This document shows positions 1 through 9,063 of a stretch of DNA of 34,065 bases, piece by piece. The notes below the pieces were generated by a model that was not told where the DNA came from, searched no databases, and was given only the letters and a program-made list of their open reading frames with translations. Position 1 is the first letter of the stretch. Each line of letters begins with the position of its first letter. Origin of the DNA: an uncultured Dehalococcoidales bacterium (GTDB lineage: Bacteria; Chloroflexota; Dehalococcoidia; Dehalococcoidales; UBA2162); NCBI GenBank assembly GCA_964354005.1, contig CAYGYD010000004.1, positions 1 through 34,065 of the forward strand. The letters run 5' to 3'. A program made the position numbers and the translations under genes.

Positions 1-1223
1 CTCAGCAAGCTGACATTGTCGCTGAGGTTCTGGATGAGTCGGAGATAGGCAATGATATCCTTGACCTCACGGCGCTGGTAGAAGCGCGTGCCGGCCACCA
101 GCTTGTACGGCGTGCCATAGCGGATGAAGGCCTCTTCCAGGACCCGCGACTGAGCGTTGGTGCGGTACATCACGGCAAAATCGCCCAGACTGGCCTCCCC
201 CCGCTCCACCAGTCGCTCGATTTCGCTGACTACAAACTGCGCCTCTTCCTGTTCAGTATAGGTCTCCACTACCTTGATTGGCTCGCCCGGCTCATTTTGC
301 GTCCACAGCTTGGTTGGTTTCCGCTGCCGGTTGGCCGAGATGACATGGGAGGCGGTTTCCAGAATCAGCTTGGTCGAGCGGTAGCTCTGTTCCAGAAAGA
401 CCACTTTGGCTTCTGGATAGTCCTTCTCAAAACTGAGGATATTACGCAGGTCGGCGAAGCGCCACGAGTAAATCGACTGGTCAGGGTCGCCGACGACGCA
501 GATATTGCGGTACTTATCCCCCAGTTGCCGGATGAGCTCATACTGGACGAGGTTGGTGTCCTGAAACTCGTCCACCAGGATGTGCAGGTACCTCGATTGG
601 TACCGGGACAGAATCTCCGGGTGCTGGCGGAACAGGTACACTGTTCTCATCAGCAAATCGTCGAAGTCGAGCGCACTGCTCTGCTCCAGCAGTTTCTGAT
701 AGTGCTCGTAAACACGCCCGACAATCTCATCAAAGTAACTGCGACTATGCTGGACATAGTCGGCCGGAGTCATGGTGCGACTCTTGGCGGCGGAAATAGC
801 CGAGGCAATAGCGGCCGGGGCGTATTGCTTGGGGTCAAGCTTTAGTTCCTGAAGACTGCGCTTAATCAAACTCAACTGGTCTTCATCATCGTAGATAACA
901 AATCTGGGACTGACGCCGATGGCCTGACCGTCCCGCCGTAGAATGCGAGCGCAGATAGCGTGAAAGGTGCCCAGGGTCAGGTCGTTGACAGCCTGGCCGA
1001 CCAGAGAGGTAAGTCTCTCCTGCATCTCCCGGGCGGCTTTATTGGTGAAGGTGACAGCCATGATGCGGTAGGGGCTGACACCGCAGACCTTAACCAGATA
1101 AGCCACACGATGGGTGATAACTCGGGTCTTGCCGCTGCCCGGGCCGGCCAGAATGAGCACTGGCCCGCCGATTGCTTCCACGGCTTCCCGCTGGGCTGGA
1201 TTCAGCTCGGCCAAGATATCCAT
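1..1223 (-). CDS. pcrA: ATP-dependent DNA helicase PcrA/UvrD (5' part; runs off the window)
   Basis: Absent from the ORF track. Manual translation from ATG at 1223 gives MDILAELNPAQREAVEAIGGPVLILAGPGSGKTRVITHR (Q motif and Walker A), followed by VDEFQDTN, VVGDPDQSIYSWR and LEQSYRST, which are SF1 helicase motifs. Confidence 0.95.
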   Translation of the reverse strand, partial: MDILAELNPAQREAVEAIGGPVLILAGPGSGKTRVITHRVAYLVKVCGVSPYRIMAVTFTNKAAREMQERLTSLVGQAVNDLTLGTFHAICARILRRDGQAIGVSPRFVIYDDEDQLSLIKRSLQELKLDPKQYAPAAIASAISAAKSRTMTPADYVQHSRSYFDEIVGRVYEHYQKLLEQSSALDFDDLLMRTVYLFRQHPEILSRYQSRYLHILVDEFQDTNLVQYELIRQLGDKYRNICVVGDPDQSIYSWRFADLRNILSFEKDYPEAKVVFLEQSYRSTKLILETASHVISANRQRKPTKLWTQNEPGEPIKVVETYTEQEEAQFVVSEIERLVERGEASLGDFAVMYRTNAQSRVLEEAFIRYGTPYKLVAGTRFYQRREVKDIIAYLRLIQNLSDNVSLL

Positions 1224-1270
1224 TCACTGCCATTATAGCATTCGTGGCTATTTCGGTGAAAGTTAGCTAG

Positions 1271-1536
1271 GAGATTGCATATTAACCTCACCCCCCTATC
1301 TCTCCCTCTCCTTAGGAAGGAGAGGGAGAAGGGTTTGTAAGAGGGACTTCGTCCCCCTTTAACTCCCTACGGGATAGAGAGGCAAAGCCTCTCGCTGCCC
1401 CCTCCCTGGAGAGTCTAAGAGGGGCGTTAGACCCTCTTCAAATAAATTCTCCCCCTTCCCTTTTTAAGGGAAGGGGGTCAGGCCTGCCCGCCGCACGAGG
1501 CTTCGGCAGGCGGGGGGATAGGTTCCTAAACAATCT
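1271..1536. repeat. MITE/BIME-like palindromic intergenic element, copy 1
   Basis: Ends are inverted (GAGATTG...CAATCT). Contains two opposed units with TCTCCCTCTCC/GGAGAGGGAGA and CCCCCTTCCC/GGGAAGGGGG hairpins and GTCTAAGAGGGGC. Similar to 5254-5546 and 24383-24641. Confidence 0.75.
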
Positions 1537-1568
1537 TTAACAGGCGTGGGGTGGCCTAGTATAGGCTA

Positions 1569-1597
1569 TTGACAGACAACTTCTGGTAGTGTAAAAT
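1569..1597 (+). promoter_or_regulatory. sigma70 promoter of the ars operon
   Basis: TTGACA (1569-1574), 17-bp spacer, TAAAAT (1592-1597). Confidence 0.8.
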
Positions 1598-1618
1598 ATA
1601 TGCGAATATGCGCATATA
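1597..1618. promoter_or_regulatory. Putative ArsR operator
   Basis: Perfect inverted repeat TATATGCG-N6-CGCATATA immediately downstream of the -10 box and upstream of arsR. Confidence 0.7.
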
Positions 1619-1641
1619 CGCCTTTATTGGGGGTAGAAGCA

Positions 1642-2055
1642 ATGCCGGACCTGATTAAAGCTATGAAAGCTCTCTCGGACGAGACTAGGCTCAGAATCAT
1701 GAATATTCTGCTGGAGCGGGAGTGCTGTGTCTGTGAGGTGATGGAAGTCCTAGACATCTCACAGACGCGGGCCTCCCGCAACCTTGGTCTGCTGGAAGAA
1801 GCTGGTTTCTTGAAGATGAGGAAAATTGGCCTGTGGGCAATGTATTCCATAGATAGGCAGAGTATGGCGGACTATTCCTCCGACTTGATTAGTGCCGTCC
1901 ATAAGGCGCTAGCGGACAGCGAGGTGGCCGTCCAGGACAGGGCATGTCTCAAGAAGGCTGCTCGCCGCGGGCCGGTCTGTGCCGATGACTGCTGTCCGCC
2001 CGAGATTACCCCGAACGCTTTGGCTGGACTGAAGAAGGGGGCGGTTAATGCTTGA
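1642..2055 (+). CDS. arsR: ArsR/SmtB family arsenite-responsive repressor
   Basis: KALSDETRLRI and an ECCVCE metalloid box, plus a C-terminal CADDCC. ATG 1642 is preferred because the track start at 1600 lies inside the operator. Confidence 0.9.
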   Translation: MPDLIKAMKALSDETRLRIMNILLERECCVCEVMEVLDISQTRASRNLGLLEEAGFLKMRKIGLWAMYSIDRQSMADYSSDLISAVHKALADSEVAVQDRACLKKAARRGPVCADDCCPPEITPNALAGLKKGAVNA

Positions 2056-2260
2056 AATCAAAAGAGCGGCCATTTCTCTGGATGAGGCCGAAGTATTGGA
2101 GTTAGAGCGGGTTATTACCGACCGGGATGAGAAGGAAGCCATTGCCTTCCTGAAAAGGTGCGTCTACGACAGAATTCTCCACGCCCAGCAGGGCCGGCTG
2201 AAGTCGCATCTTGATACCGGTGACAACCCGGTGGACAGATTTGTTAAGGGCGATAGATAG
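2048..2260 (+). CDS. Hypothetical 70-aa protein in the ars operon
   Basis: Overlaps the arsR stop by 8 nt, has a purine-rich RBS-like sequence upstream, and fills the arsR-acr3 gap. Confidence 0.7.
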   Translation: MLEIKRAAISLDEAEVLELERVITDRDEKEAIAFLKRCVYDRILHAQQGRLKSHLDTGDNPVDRFVKGDR

Positions 2261-2298
2261 TTTGAAGTCTCGGTTCGTGATGGCAAAGGGAGCAAGCT

Positions 2299-3405
2299 TT
2301 GAGTAACAACGGGCCAATAACTGCGGTTGGCCGGCTTTCCGTACTCGACCGATTCCTCACCCTGTGGATATTTCTGGCGATGGGGTTTGGGGTGGGGCTG
2401 GGGTATTTTGTCCCCCGGGTAGCTGATTTCATTAGCTTCTTTCAGGTGGGTACCACTTCAATACCAATCGCCATCGGCCTTATCTTGATGATGTACCCGC
2501 CGCTGGCCAAGGTCAGGTATGAGGAACTGGGTCGGGTCTTCCGCAACTGGCGCGTGCTGACTCTGTCTCTGGTGCAGAACTGGGTCATTGGGCCAGTGCT
2601 GATGTTCTTCCTGGCTATACTTTTCTTAGGTTTCATATGGCCATACCCGGAGTACATGGTTGGTCTGATTATGATTGGACTGGCCCGCTGTATTGCTATG
2701 GTCATCGTCTGGAATGAACTGGCCCGGGGCGACCACGAATATGCCGCCGGGCTGGTGGCTTTCAACTCCATATTTCAGATTCTCCTTTATTCGGTCTATG
2801 CCTATATTTTCATTACGATTTTACCGGCCTGGTTCGGGCTGTCGGGCACGGTCGTGCGGGTCACCATCGGGCAGATTGCCCAGAGCGTCTTCATTTATCT
2901 GGGCATACCCTTCTTCGGCGGCATGATTACGCGTTTTGCTCTGGTTAAAGCCAAAGGGCGCGAGTGGTATGAGACAAAATTTATCCCCAAGATAAGTCCC
3001 ATCACGCTGGCGGCCCTGCTTTTCACCATCGTGGTCATGTTCTCCCTCAAGGGCGAGATAATTGTCCAGCTACCGCTGGATGTGGTTCGGATTGCCATAC
3101 CACTTCTCATCTACTTCGTGATTATGTTCCTGGTTTCCTTTTACATGGGTAAGAAAATCGGGGCCGATTACTCCAAGACAGTGACCATCGCCTTCACGGC
3201 GGCCAGCAACAACTTTGAGCTGGCCATTGCCGTGGCGGTGGCCGTGTTTGGCATTGGGTCGGGGCAGGCCTTTGCCGCGGTCATCGGCCCGCTGGTCGAG
3301 GTGCCGGTGCTCATCAGCCTGGTCAATCTGGCTCTCTATTTTCAGCGAAAATTCTTTGCATCAACCACTGTCCGAAAGGAGGAAGCAGCAAAGTCTGAGC
3401 TATAG
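2299..3405 (+). CDS. acr3: Acr3 family arsenite efflux transporter
   Basis: [32 protein letters not shown] and [11 protein letters not shown] are Acr3 motifs; multiple TM segments. Confidence 0.95.
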   Translation: MSNNGPITAVGRLSVLDRFLTLWIFLAMGFGVGLGYFVPRVADFISFFQVGTTSIPIAIGLILMMYPPLAKVRYEELGRVFRNWRVLTLSLVQNWVIGPVLMFFLAILFLGFIWPYPEYMVGLIMIGLARCIAMVIVWNELARGDHEYAAGLVAFNSIFQILLYSVYAYIFITILPAWFGLSGTVVRVTIGQIAQSVFIYLGIPFFGGMITRFALVKAKGREWYETKFIPKISPITLAALLFTIVVMFSLKGEIIVQLPLDVVRIAIPLLIYFVIMFLVSFYMGKKIGADYSKTVTIAFTAASNNFELAIAVAVAVFGIGSGQAFAAVIGPLVEVPVLISLVNLALYFQRKFFASTTVRKEEAAKSEL

Positions 3406-3451
3406 AAGTCACTGGCGGGGTAATATATAATACTAAATCGGAGGTTTAACT

Positions 3452-4288
3452 ATGGAGCGAAGTGCTGAAGAAATCAAAAGTTTTGTTCGGGAGCGCTATG
3501 CCGGCCTAGCCCGGACGCAAGGTCAGTCGTGCTGTGCGCCCCAGGCTCCGGTATCCGGTAGTTCCTGCTGTGCCGGCGCCGACTCAGGTTTACTCTCTCG
3601 TGTCCAGAAGCTCTATATGAGTGAAAAACTGGATAATTTGCCTAGTGAGGTAGCCGATTTCTCATTGGGCTGTGGCAACCCGCTGGCGCTGGCGGAACTC
3701 AAGGAGGGTGATGTCGTTCTGGACCTGGGCAGTGGCGGCGGGCTGGACTGCTTTCTGGCGGCGGAGAAGGTCGGGGCGCAGGGGAAGGTTATCGGCCTGG
3801 ATATGACGCCGGAAATGATTCAACTGGCACGTCAGAATGCCAAGAAGATGGGCGCGACCAATGTTGAGTTCCGTCCGGGTGAGATGGAAAGCATGCCCAT
3901 CAAGGACAACTCGGTGGACGTGATTATTTCCAACTGTGTTATTAACCTTTCGCCGGACAAAGACGCTGTCTTTAGGGAAGCCTATCGTGTGCTCAAACCC
4001 GGCGGCAGACTGAGCATATCAGACATCGTTCTGCTCGGGGAGTTGCCTCAGGAAGTCAAGACAAGCCTTGAAGAGTGGGCTGGGTGCATTGCTGGCGCGC
4101 TTCAAGAAAAAGTCTATCTGGACAAGATTAGGGCGGCCGGTTTTGTCCGCATCACCACTGACAGGAGCATCCTTCCTCTCTATGTGGAAGGCCAGTCTGG
4201 TTCGGACATGGGCCGAGTAATAGCTTCCGCTAGGGTGAAGGCTTTCAAGCCGCGGCGGCGTACGCCGAGGTCGAAGAGGAAGGCTTAA
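3452..4288 (+). CDS. arsM: Arsenite S-adenosylmethionine methyltransferase
   Basis: N-terminal CC pairs, [22 protein letters not shown] and WAGCIAGA; located in the ars operon. Confidence 0.92.
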   Translation: MERSAEEIKSFVRERYAGLARTQGQSCCAPQAPVSGSSCCAGADSGLLSRVQKLYMSEKLDNLPSEVADFSLGCGNPLALAELKEGDVVLDLGSGGGLDCFLAAEKVGAQGKVIGLDMTPEMIQLARQNAKKMGATNVEFRPGEMESMPIKDNSVDVIISNCVINLSPDKDAVFREAYRVLKPGGRLSISDIVLLGELPQEVKTSLEEWAGCIAGALQEKVYLDKIRAAGFVRITTDRSILPLYVEGQSGSDMGRVIASARVKAFKPRRRTPRSKRKA

Positions 4289-4460
4289 GGAAAACAGGCG
4301 CTACCAAGATAAAAAGCTCGGCGTCAGGCGTGAAAATATTGCCTGGAAGAAGTGCGACATTGATTTGAAAATCTGGTTTCCGTAGGGCTGGTTTGACTTG
4401 CCCTTCTGGGCTGTATTATGATACTGGCGAAAATAGATTGAGGAGAAGTGAGGTGCCGTC

Positions 4461-5246
4461 ATGAGTACTCAGGATGTTGTCCTTCTGGATGTTACGGAAA
4501 CTATTGCCACCGTGACTTTGAACCGACCCGAAGCCTTGAATGCGCTCAATGCCGATGTCTGGCTCGGTCTGGAAAAGGCCGCCCAGAATATCAAGGCTAA
4601 TTCTGAGGTGCGAGCTGTCATTGTGACCGGTGCCGGCGAGAAGGCTTTTAGCGCTGGTATCGACCTGAAGATGGTGGCCTCATCGGGAGGCGGGGCGGGC
4701 GCCGTATACGGCAATTTCCGGGAATTCGACCGTCTGAACGCCATGAAGTCAATCTTCACGCTGTACGAGGAGCTGGCCGTTCCCGTTATTGCCGCTATCA
4801 ACGGCTACTGTCTGGGAGCGGCCATGGAGTTTATCTTGTGCTGTGATATCCGTATGACGGTGGATACTGCTGTATTCGCCCTCCCCGAAGCGCAGTTCGG
4901 GGTTATCCCGGACATGGGCAGCACCCAGCGATTGCCCCGAATCGTCCCGCCGGGCATCGCCAAGGAGCTTATTTTTACCGGTCGGCGCATTAATGCCGCT
5001 GAGGCGCTCAGGATTGGGCTGGTCGACCATGTCTATCCCAAAGACCAGCTCATGGCGGAAGCCCGAAAGCTGGCCGGGGAGATTGCCAAACTCAACCCCC
5101 GCATTGTGCAGGGTGCCAAGCGGGCGGCCAACATGGCCATGTCCACGCCGCTCATGGCCGGCCTGCGTGTTGAGACGGATATTTGTCTCGGCTCAGGCAG
5201 TGGCACCGGCTTCGGCCAGCAAGCCCAGCAGTTCTTGAAGAAGTAG
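4461..5246 (+). CDS. Enoyl-CoA hydratase/isomerase (crotonase) family protein
   Basis: [41 protein letters not shown]. Confidence 0.92.
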   Translation: MSTQDVVLLDVTETIATVTLNRPEALNALNADVWLGLEKAAQNIKANSEVRAVIVTGAGEKAFSAGIDLKMVASSGGGAGAVYGNFREFDRLNAMKSIFTLYEELAVPVIAAINGYCLGAAMEFILCCDIRMTVDTAVFALPEAQFGVIPDMGSTQRLPRIVPPGIAKELIFTGRRINAAEALRIGLVDHVYPKDQLMAEARKLAGEIAKLNPRIVQGAKRAANMAMSTPLMAGLRVETDICLGSGSGTGFGQQAQQFLKK

Positions 5247-5253
5247 AGGGCCT

Positions 5254-5546
5254 GAGATTTAGTTTATAAAGAGGGGGCTATGCCCCCTCTAGCCCTGTTA
5301 ACATAGAATATTGGCTTCTCTCCCTCATGCCTTCAAGGCCATCCTTGGACGAACCTGAAGGGGCCGTCTTGCTTGGCGAGTGTCTAAGAGGGCGAAGCCC
5401 CTTCAAACTCCCCATATAATGTCTAAAGAGTAAGTTCCTTAGATTCTTGCTGATGTCTAAGAGGGGCGGACGCCCCGCTTTCTTTTTCTTCCCCCTCTCC
5501 TATTAGGAGAGGGGGATTTAAGGGGGTGAGGTATCAGGAACGGTCT
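5254..5546. repeat. MITE/BIME-like palindromic intergenic element, copy 2
   Basis: Repeated TGTCTAAGAGGG(G)C hairpin units, and TCCCCCTCTCC-TATTA-GGAGAGGGGGA followed by AAGGGGGTGAGGT, as in the other copies. Boundaries approximate. Confidence 0.65.
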
Positions 5547-5570
5547 AAGGTACTGAACGAGAATATTGGT

Positions 5571-5599
5571 TTGACAGTCGGGTGGCGGAGGTTTAACAT
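5571..5599 (+). promoter_or_regulatory. sigma70-like promoter
   Basis: TTGACA (5571-5576), 17-bp spacer, TAACAT (5594-5599). Supports a start at ATG 5637. Confidence 0.6.
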
Positions 5600-5636
5600 A
5601 GCTACGGCAGTCAGTGTCGCGAGAAAGGGGGAGAGT

Positions 5637-6518
5637 ATGAGTAACGATATGACCGTTAAAGATGGGTGCCTGTATGGTGGTTGGCGCCAGCCAGTAAACA
5701 TCTGGATTAATGCCAAGGGTTCTATCCACGATGACGACACCGCCCGCAAAGTGGGCATGCGTGGTGGAACAATCCCAGGCACGATTCATCTCAACCTTTT
5801 CCCGCCACTATTAATCAAGGTCTGCGGCCAGCGCTGGTTTGAGCGGGGAACATTGAGCCTGTATTACACCTTTGCTACCACCGACCGTGAGGATGTCCGC
5901 GCGGTACTTCGCCTACCTCCGGAGGGAGCTAAAGATGCTCAGGTTGAAGCCTGGGTGGAGATGCCGGACGGGCACACCGTAGCCAAGGGGACGGCCTCAG
6001 TGGGCAACCCGAAAGAGCCTGCCTATTTGCAGACCGTTGACCTGGTCAATGCCAAACCGGGAGAATTGCGTATTCTGGATGGGCTGGGGGCAGGACAGAC
6101 GCTGCCGACCGAGGATGTCCTGGTAACGCAGGAGAAGGTAAATTCCACGCTGGAGACAATCACCGACTCTCTCGATTGGTACCAGGGTAAATCTCCCTGG
6201 GGTAGCTCCATTCTGCCACCGTCTATGATGTACGGGGCAATGATGCTAACGCCCAAGCTACCGAACAATCGGCGGATTCAGGCGGTTGGTTTCTTTGGTG
6301 CCACTGAAGTGCACAATATCAATGGACCGGTCAAGGTTGGGGTACCGTATGTGGCCAGTGGCAAACTCGTTTGCGTGGGGGCCAGCCCCAAGACCGAGTA
6401 TTTCTGGTACGATTCTCAACTACGTGAGAAGGCTGGCGGGAAAGTGATTGCCGAGATGCGCCAAATGACCCGCTTTATGAAGGCATCTTCGCCGCTGTAC
6501 CCGGAGAGCCGGGCCTGA
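5637..6518 (+). CDS. Hypothetical protein, probable double hot-dog (MaoC-like) fold
   Basis: SIHDDDTARKVGMRGGTIPGTIHL resembles the MaoC hydratase motif. RBS GGGGAG precedes ATG 5637, while the track start at 5526 lies inside the repeat. Confidence 0.7.
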   Translation: MSNDMTVKDGCLYGGWRQPVNIWINAKGSIHDDDTARKVGMRGGTIPGTIHLNLFPPLLIKVCGQRWFERGTLSLYYTFATTDREDVRAVLRLPPEGAKDAQVEAWVEMPDGHTVAKGTASVGNPKEPAYLQTVDLVNAKPGELRILDGLGAGQTLPTEDVLVTQEKVNSTLETITDSLDWYQGKSPWGSSILPPSMMYGAMMLTPKLPNNRRIQAVGFFGATEVHNINGPVKVGVPYVASGKLVCVGASPKTEYFWYDSQLREKAGGKVIAEMRQMTRFMKASSPLYPESRA

Positions 6519-6970
6519 CATCTCCAGCTAGCACTGGCGTTCTCACTGATTAGCATCAGTCTTCAGGTTCAGGCGAAACAATCTCAGTCAGGGTTTTGCC
6601 CCCTTACTATTATAGCTGTGCCTCAGGCGACCGCCAATTCGAGCGGCTGAACAGACTGAGCGCAGGTTTGTTGGCTGTGTAGTAATCGTTATGTAGCTCT
6701 CAAAATAGTGGTACTTTTGGGGGGTTACTAAATCACTGTAACTTATACCTCGTTTGGGTGATTTACACACAGGGCGATACTAGGCTATAAACAAGGTGTA
6801 GCAATTGAAGAGAATCTGGTGACTCTAAGTGGGACAGGCACATTACAGTTCGGCTGACCAGAGCACGGCCGGCATCTTAAGGCGAAGCTGTTAAAACAGG
6901 TGGTGGCAATTGGGTGAAGGATTGATACAGGTTCAGGAGATGCACGCTGGATGCTAGGGGAGGTGGCGAA

Positions 6971-7873
6971 ATGGAAGAATTGAGCGAGATGTACACGCCG
7001 CAGCTTGAAAAGAAGCTGGAGGTGTTTGACGATTACAAGCGGCTGGTCATGGAAACCGTTGATAAGGTGATTGAGCAAGCCAGAAAGCAGGCTGAGCAAG
7101 AAGCGGCGCGGATCATCGGTGAAGCTAATCGAAAAGCAAAGCAGATTGCCGATAAGACGATAGCCAACGCCGAGAAGGCACAGTATGCAATCCTGAATGA
7201 ATCGCGAGCAATAGCCAAGGAAACAACCGCCAACATAGAGCAGTTGACAAGCGCACTGGCCGCGATGCAAGGGGAAATTGACAATTTGCTGGGAATTCTG
7301 GGAGAGCGGGCACACACCCTGGCTGAAACTGCAAATAAGTTGGAAACAACGGTTAATGGTGCCAGAGAAAAAGCGCATGGTGAAATTGCCGAACGGCTCA
7401 AAGTTGTACAGGAGCTGAATCAAAGAATCAAGCGGGTTGTTGAAGATGCTCACCGTGATGGTGAGAAAGAAGTTGAACACACCGGCAAAGATAAAGACAA
7501 GGAATTGGGTTTGGTATCAAGTGGAAGAAAGGAGCCGATAGCACAACCCGCTGTATCGGCAGCCCAGAGCACTGTTTCACCGCCATCGGATGAGGATAGG
7601 CAATTCCTTGGTACTGTGGAGTTAGTCATAATCTCACCCAACAGCCCAGAGCTGCGCAGGAAGTTCCTGAATTGCCTACCTGCGGCTGCTGGCCTGGACC
7701 TTCAGGGCTCCCCGGAGTCTGTTGGGAAAAAGAGGACGCAGTCTGTTTATTTACCCAAGCCAGTCCCGCTAGTCAAGATTCTCAGGCAAATGGCCATGGT
7801 CAAAAGCGCTAACGAAGACGGTAGAGGCATAATTGAGATAGTCCTTGAAGCTGTCGACCAATGGAGAGGGTAG
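6971..7873 (+). CDS. Hypothetical coiled-coil protein with a small C-terminal alpha/beta domain
   Basis: Strong GGAGG RBS. A/E/K-rich heptads occupy the N-terminal 170 aa or so, followed by a low-complexity linker and a globular C-terminus. Confidence 0.75.
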   Translation: MEELSEMYTPQLEKKLEVFDDYKRLVMETVDKVIEQARKQAEQEAARIIGEANRKAKQIADKTIANAEKAQYAILNESRAIAKETTANIEQLTSALAAMQGEIDNLLGILGERAHTLAETANKLETTVNGAREKAHGEIAERLKVVQELNQRIKRVVEDAHRDGEKEVEHTGKDKDKELGLVSSGRKEPIAQPAVSAAQSTVSPPSDEDRQFLGTVELVIISPNSPELRRKFLNCLPAAAGLDLQGSPESVGKKRTQSVYLPKPVPLVKILRQMAMVKSANEDGRGIIEIVLEAVDQWRG

Positions 7874-7910
7874 AAAAGTGACCGGTGTGGTCGGACCCGG
7901 CTGTGTTTCT

Positions 7911-7984
7911 ACCGAAGTAAGTCATGCACCCGCCGAGCACACTATAATGGTGAATCTCATGACTTTAGAGGCGGGTACTTTGGT
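7911..7984. ncRNA. Candidate structured RNA: pseudoknot enclosed by an outer stem
   Basis: ACCGAAGT 7911-7918 pairs with ACTTTGGT 7977-7984; AAGTCATG 7919-7926 with CATGACTT 7958-7965; ACCCGCC 7928-7934 with GGCGGGT 7970-7976. The two inner stems cross. Confidence 0.4.
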
Positions 7985-7998
7985 GAACCTGGCTCCAT

Positions 7999-8772
7999 CT
8001 ACGGAATAAGTTTTGTGAAATTGAGGACCTCACTAGCCGACGGGAATCCCGGTGGCCCATAGCGTTCCCTGAACCGGAACAAGCCGAGAGCATTAATCAT
8101 ATTCAGAAACTTGTCTGTTCCCAGGTGCATGGGAAAGACCGAGAGAAGACCGTCCTGTCTCAATATCCGGTGTAATTCCTTGAGCAGTCCCGTCTTATCC
8201 GGTATTTCTTGCAGCACATCGTAAAGCAAAACCACATCCACGCTCTCATTCTCTAGGGCGATAGACACGGTTGACCTGTCCAAAAGCATGGTCTCTATAT
8301 TATCCAATCCTTCTTGGCTCGCAGTTTCCCTGAGGCGCTCAAGAGCACCGGAACGCACATCGAGGGCATATACTTTGCCCCGGCGGCCGACTATGCTGGC
8401 GCTAGCTATTGAGAACGCACCGGAACCACAACCAAAATCGAGTACTGTCTGCGCGCTCCTAATCCCCACCCTCTCGAGAACTTCCTGTGCATTGTCTCTA
8501 AGCCACTCTCTGAATTCCATTTCCCCGGGTAAGGTTTCGTGCATTCTGGCAACCAGCACCTGTCTATCGGCTAGTATGAGACCATTCAGCTTCTTAATGG
8601 CTTCTTCACCCTCGGTGTTCTTCGGCATCCTGACTATGGCGAATCCTCTGGACTTACCAGAGCTTATATCTCTGATAACCCTCGCTGACTCCACTATACC
8701 TATCTTGGAGAAAAGCGCAACCACCTCATCTTCAGTGGTATTATCGGAAAGCCCGCCGATATATAATTGCAT
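7999..8772 (-). CDS. RRM RNA-binding domain fused to a class I SAM-dependent methyltransferase
   Basis: RNP2 LYIGGL and RNP1 RGFAIVRM in the first ~78 aa; VLDFGCGSG, VYALD and ELHRILR methyltransferase motifs follow. One continuous ORF with GGAG RBS. Confidence 0.85.
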   Translation of the reverse strand: MQLYIGGLSDNTTEDEVVALFSKIGIVESARVIRDISSGKSRGFAIVRMPKNTEGEEAIKKLNGLILADRQVLVARMHETLPGEMEFREWLRDNAQEVLERVGIRSAQTVLDFGCGSGAFSIASASIVGRRGKVYALDVRSGALERLRETASQEGLDNIETMLLDRSTVSIALENESVDVVLLYDVLQEIPDKTGLLKELHRILRQDGLLSVFPMHLGTDKFLNMINALGLFRFRERYGPPGFPSASEVLNFTKLIP

Positions 8773-8879
8773 CTATTCTCTCCACAGCGCCAGAGACAAT
8801 CTTTTTTCCTGCCCGTATGCTTAAATCCTACTACTTCATCCTGACCACTGCAACCGGCCAGTCTATGTTTCCGGCGGTA

Positions 8880-8908
8880 TTGACAGCTATAATCGCCGGA
8901 ACTATAAT
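8880..8908 (+). promoter_or_regulatory. Consensus sigma70 promoter driving the riboswitch leader
   Basis: Perfect TTGACA (8880-8885), 17-bp spacer, TATAAT (8903-8908). Confidence 0.85.
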
Positions 8909-8976
8909 GAAGCCCTAACCGAAAAGCCAGGTGTCTCACGCGACCAGCAGTGTGGGAGGGATATATTGTCTCAGGC

Positions 8977-9063
8977 CAGGATTGAGTCGCCAAAGCAGGG
9001 GGCGATGAGCTGCTGCCTGTGTGGTCACCCGGGTGGTGGGGAGTTAATGGTGAAACCGACCTG
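8977..9063 (+). promoter_or_regulatory. c-di-GMP-II-like riboswitch aptamer (variant or degenerate P1)
   Basis: GATGA k-turn strand at 9004-9008; P3 9010-9019/9030-9039; loop TCACC pairs with GGTGA (pseudoknot). The 3' end GAGTTAATGGTGAAACCGACC resembles the class II sequence GAGUUAGUAGUGCAACCGACC. Confidence 0.6.

Noticed and set aside
297-1238. Plus-strand ORFs 297..845 and 960..1238
   Set aside because: Antisense shadows of pcrA, which has clear helicase motifs on the minus strand.
1271-1536. CRISPR array interpretation of the intergenic repeats
   Set aside because: No regularly spaced identical repeats with unique spacers, and no cas genes.
3452-4288. Selenocysteine recoding in arsM or nearby redox genes
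   Set aside because: The ORFs are complete with Cys at the expected positions, so no in-frame TGA needs recoding.
6785-7480. 231-aa and 122-aa minus-strand ORFs
   Set aside because: Antisense to the coiled-coil gene, which has the strong RBS; no recognisable motifs.
7911-7984. HDV-like, twister or pistol ribozyme, or SAM/SAH riboswitch identity for the pseudoknot
   Set aside because: Stem order is superficially HDV-like, but the P3/L3, P1.1 GG and catalytic C junction are absent, and no other class consensus is seen.
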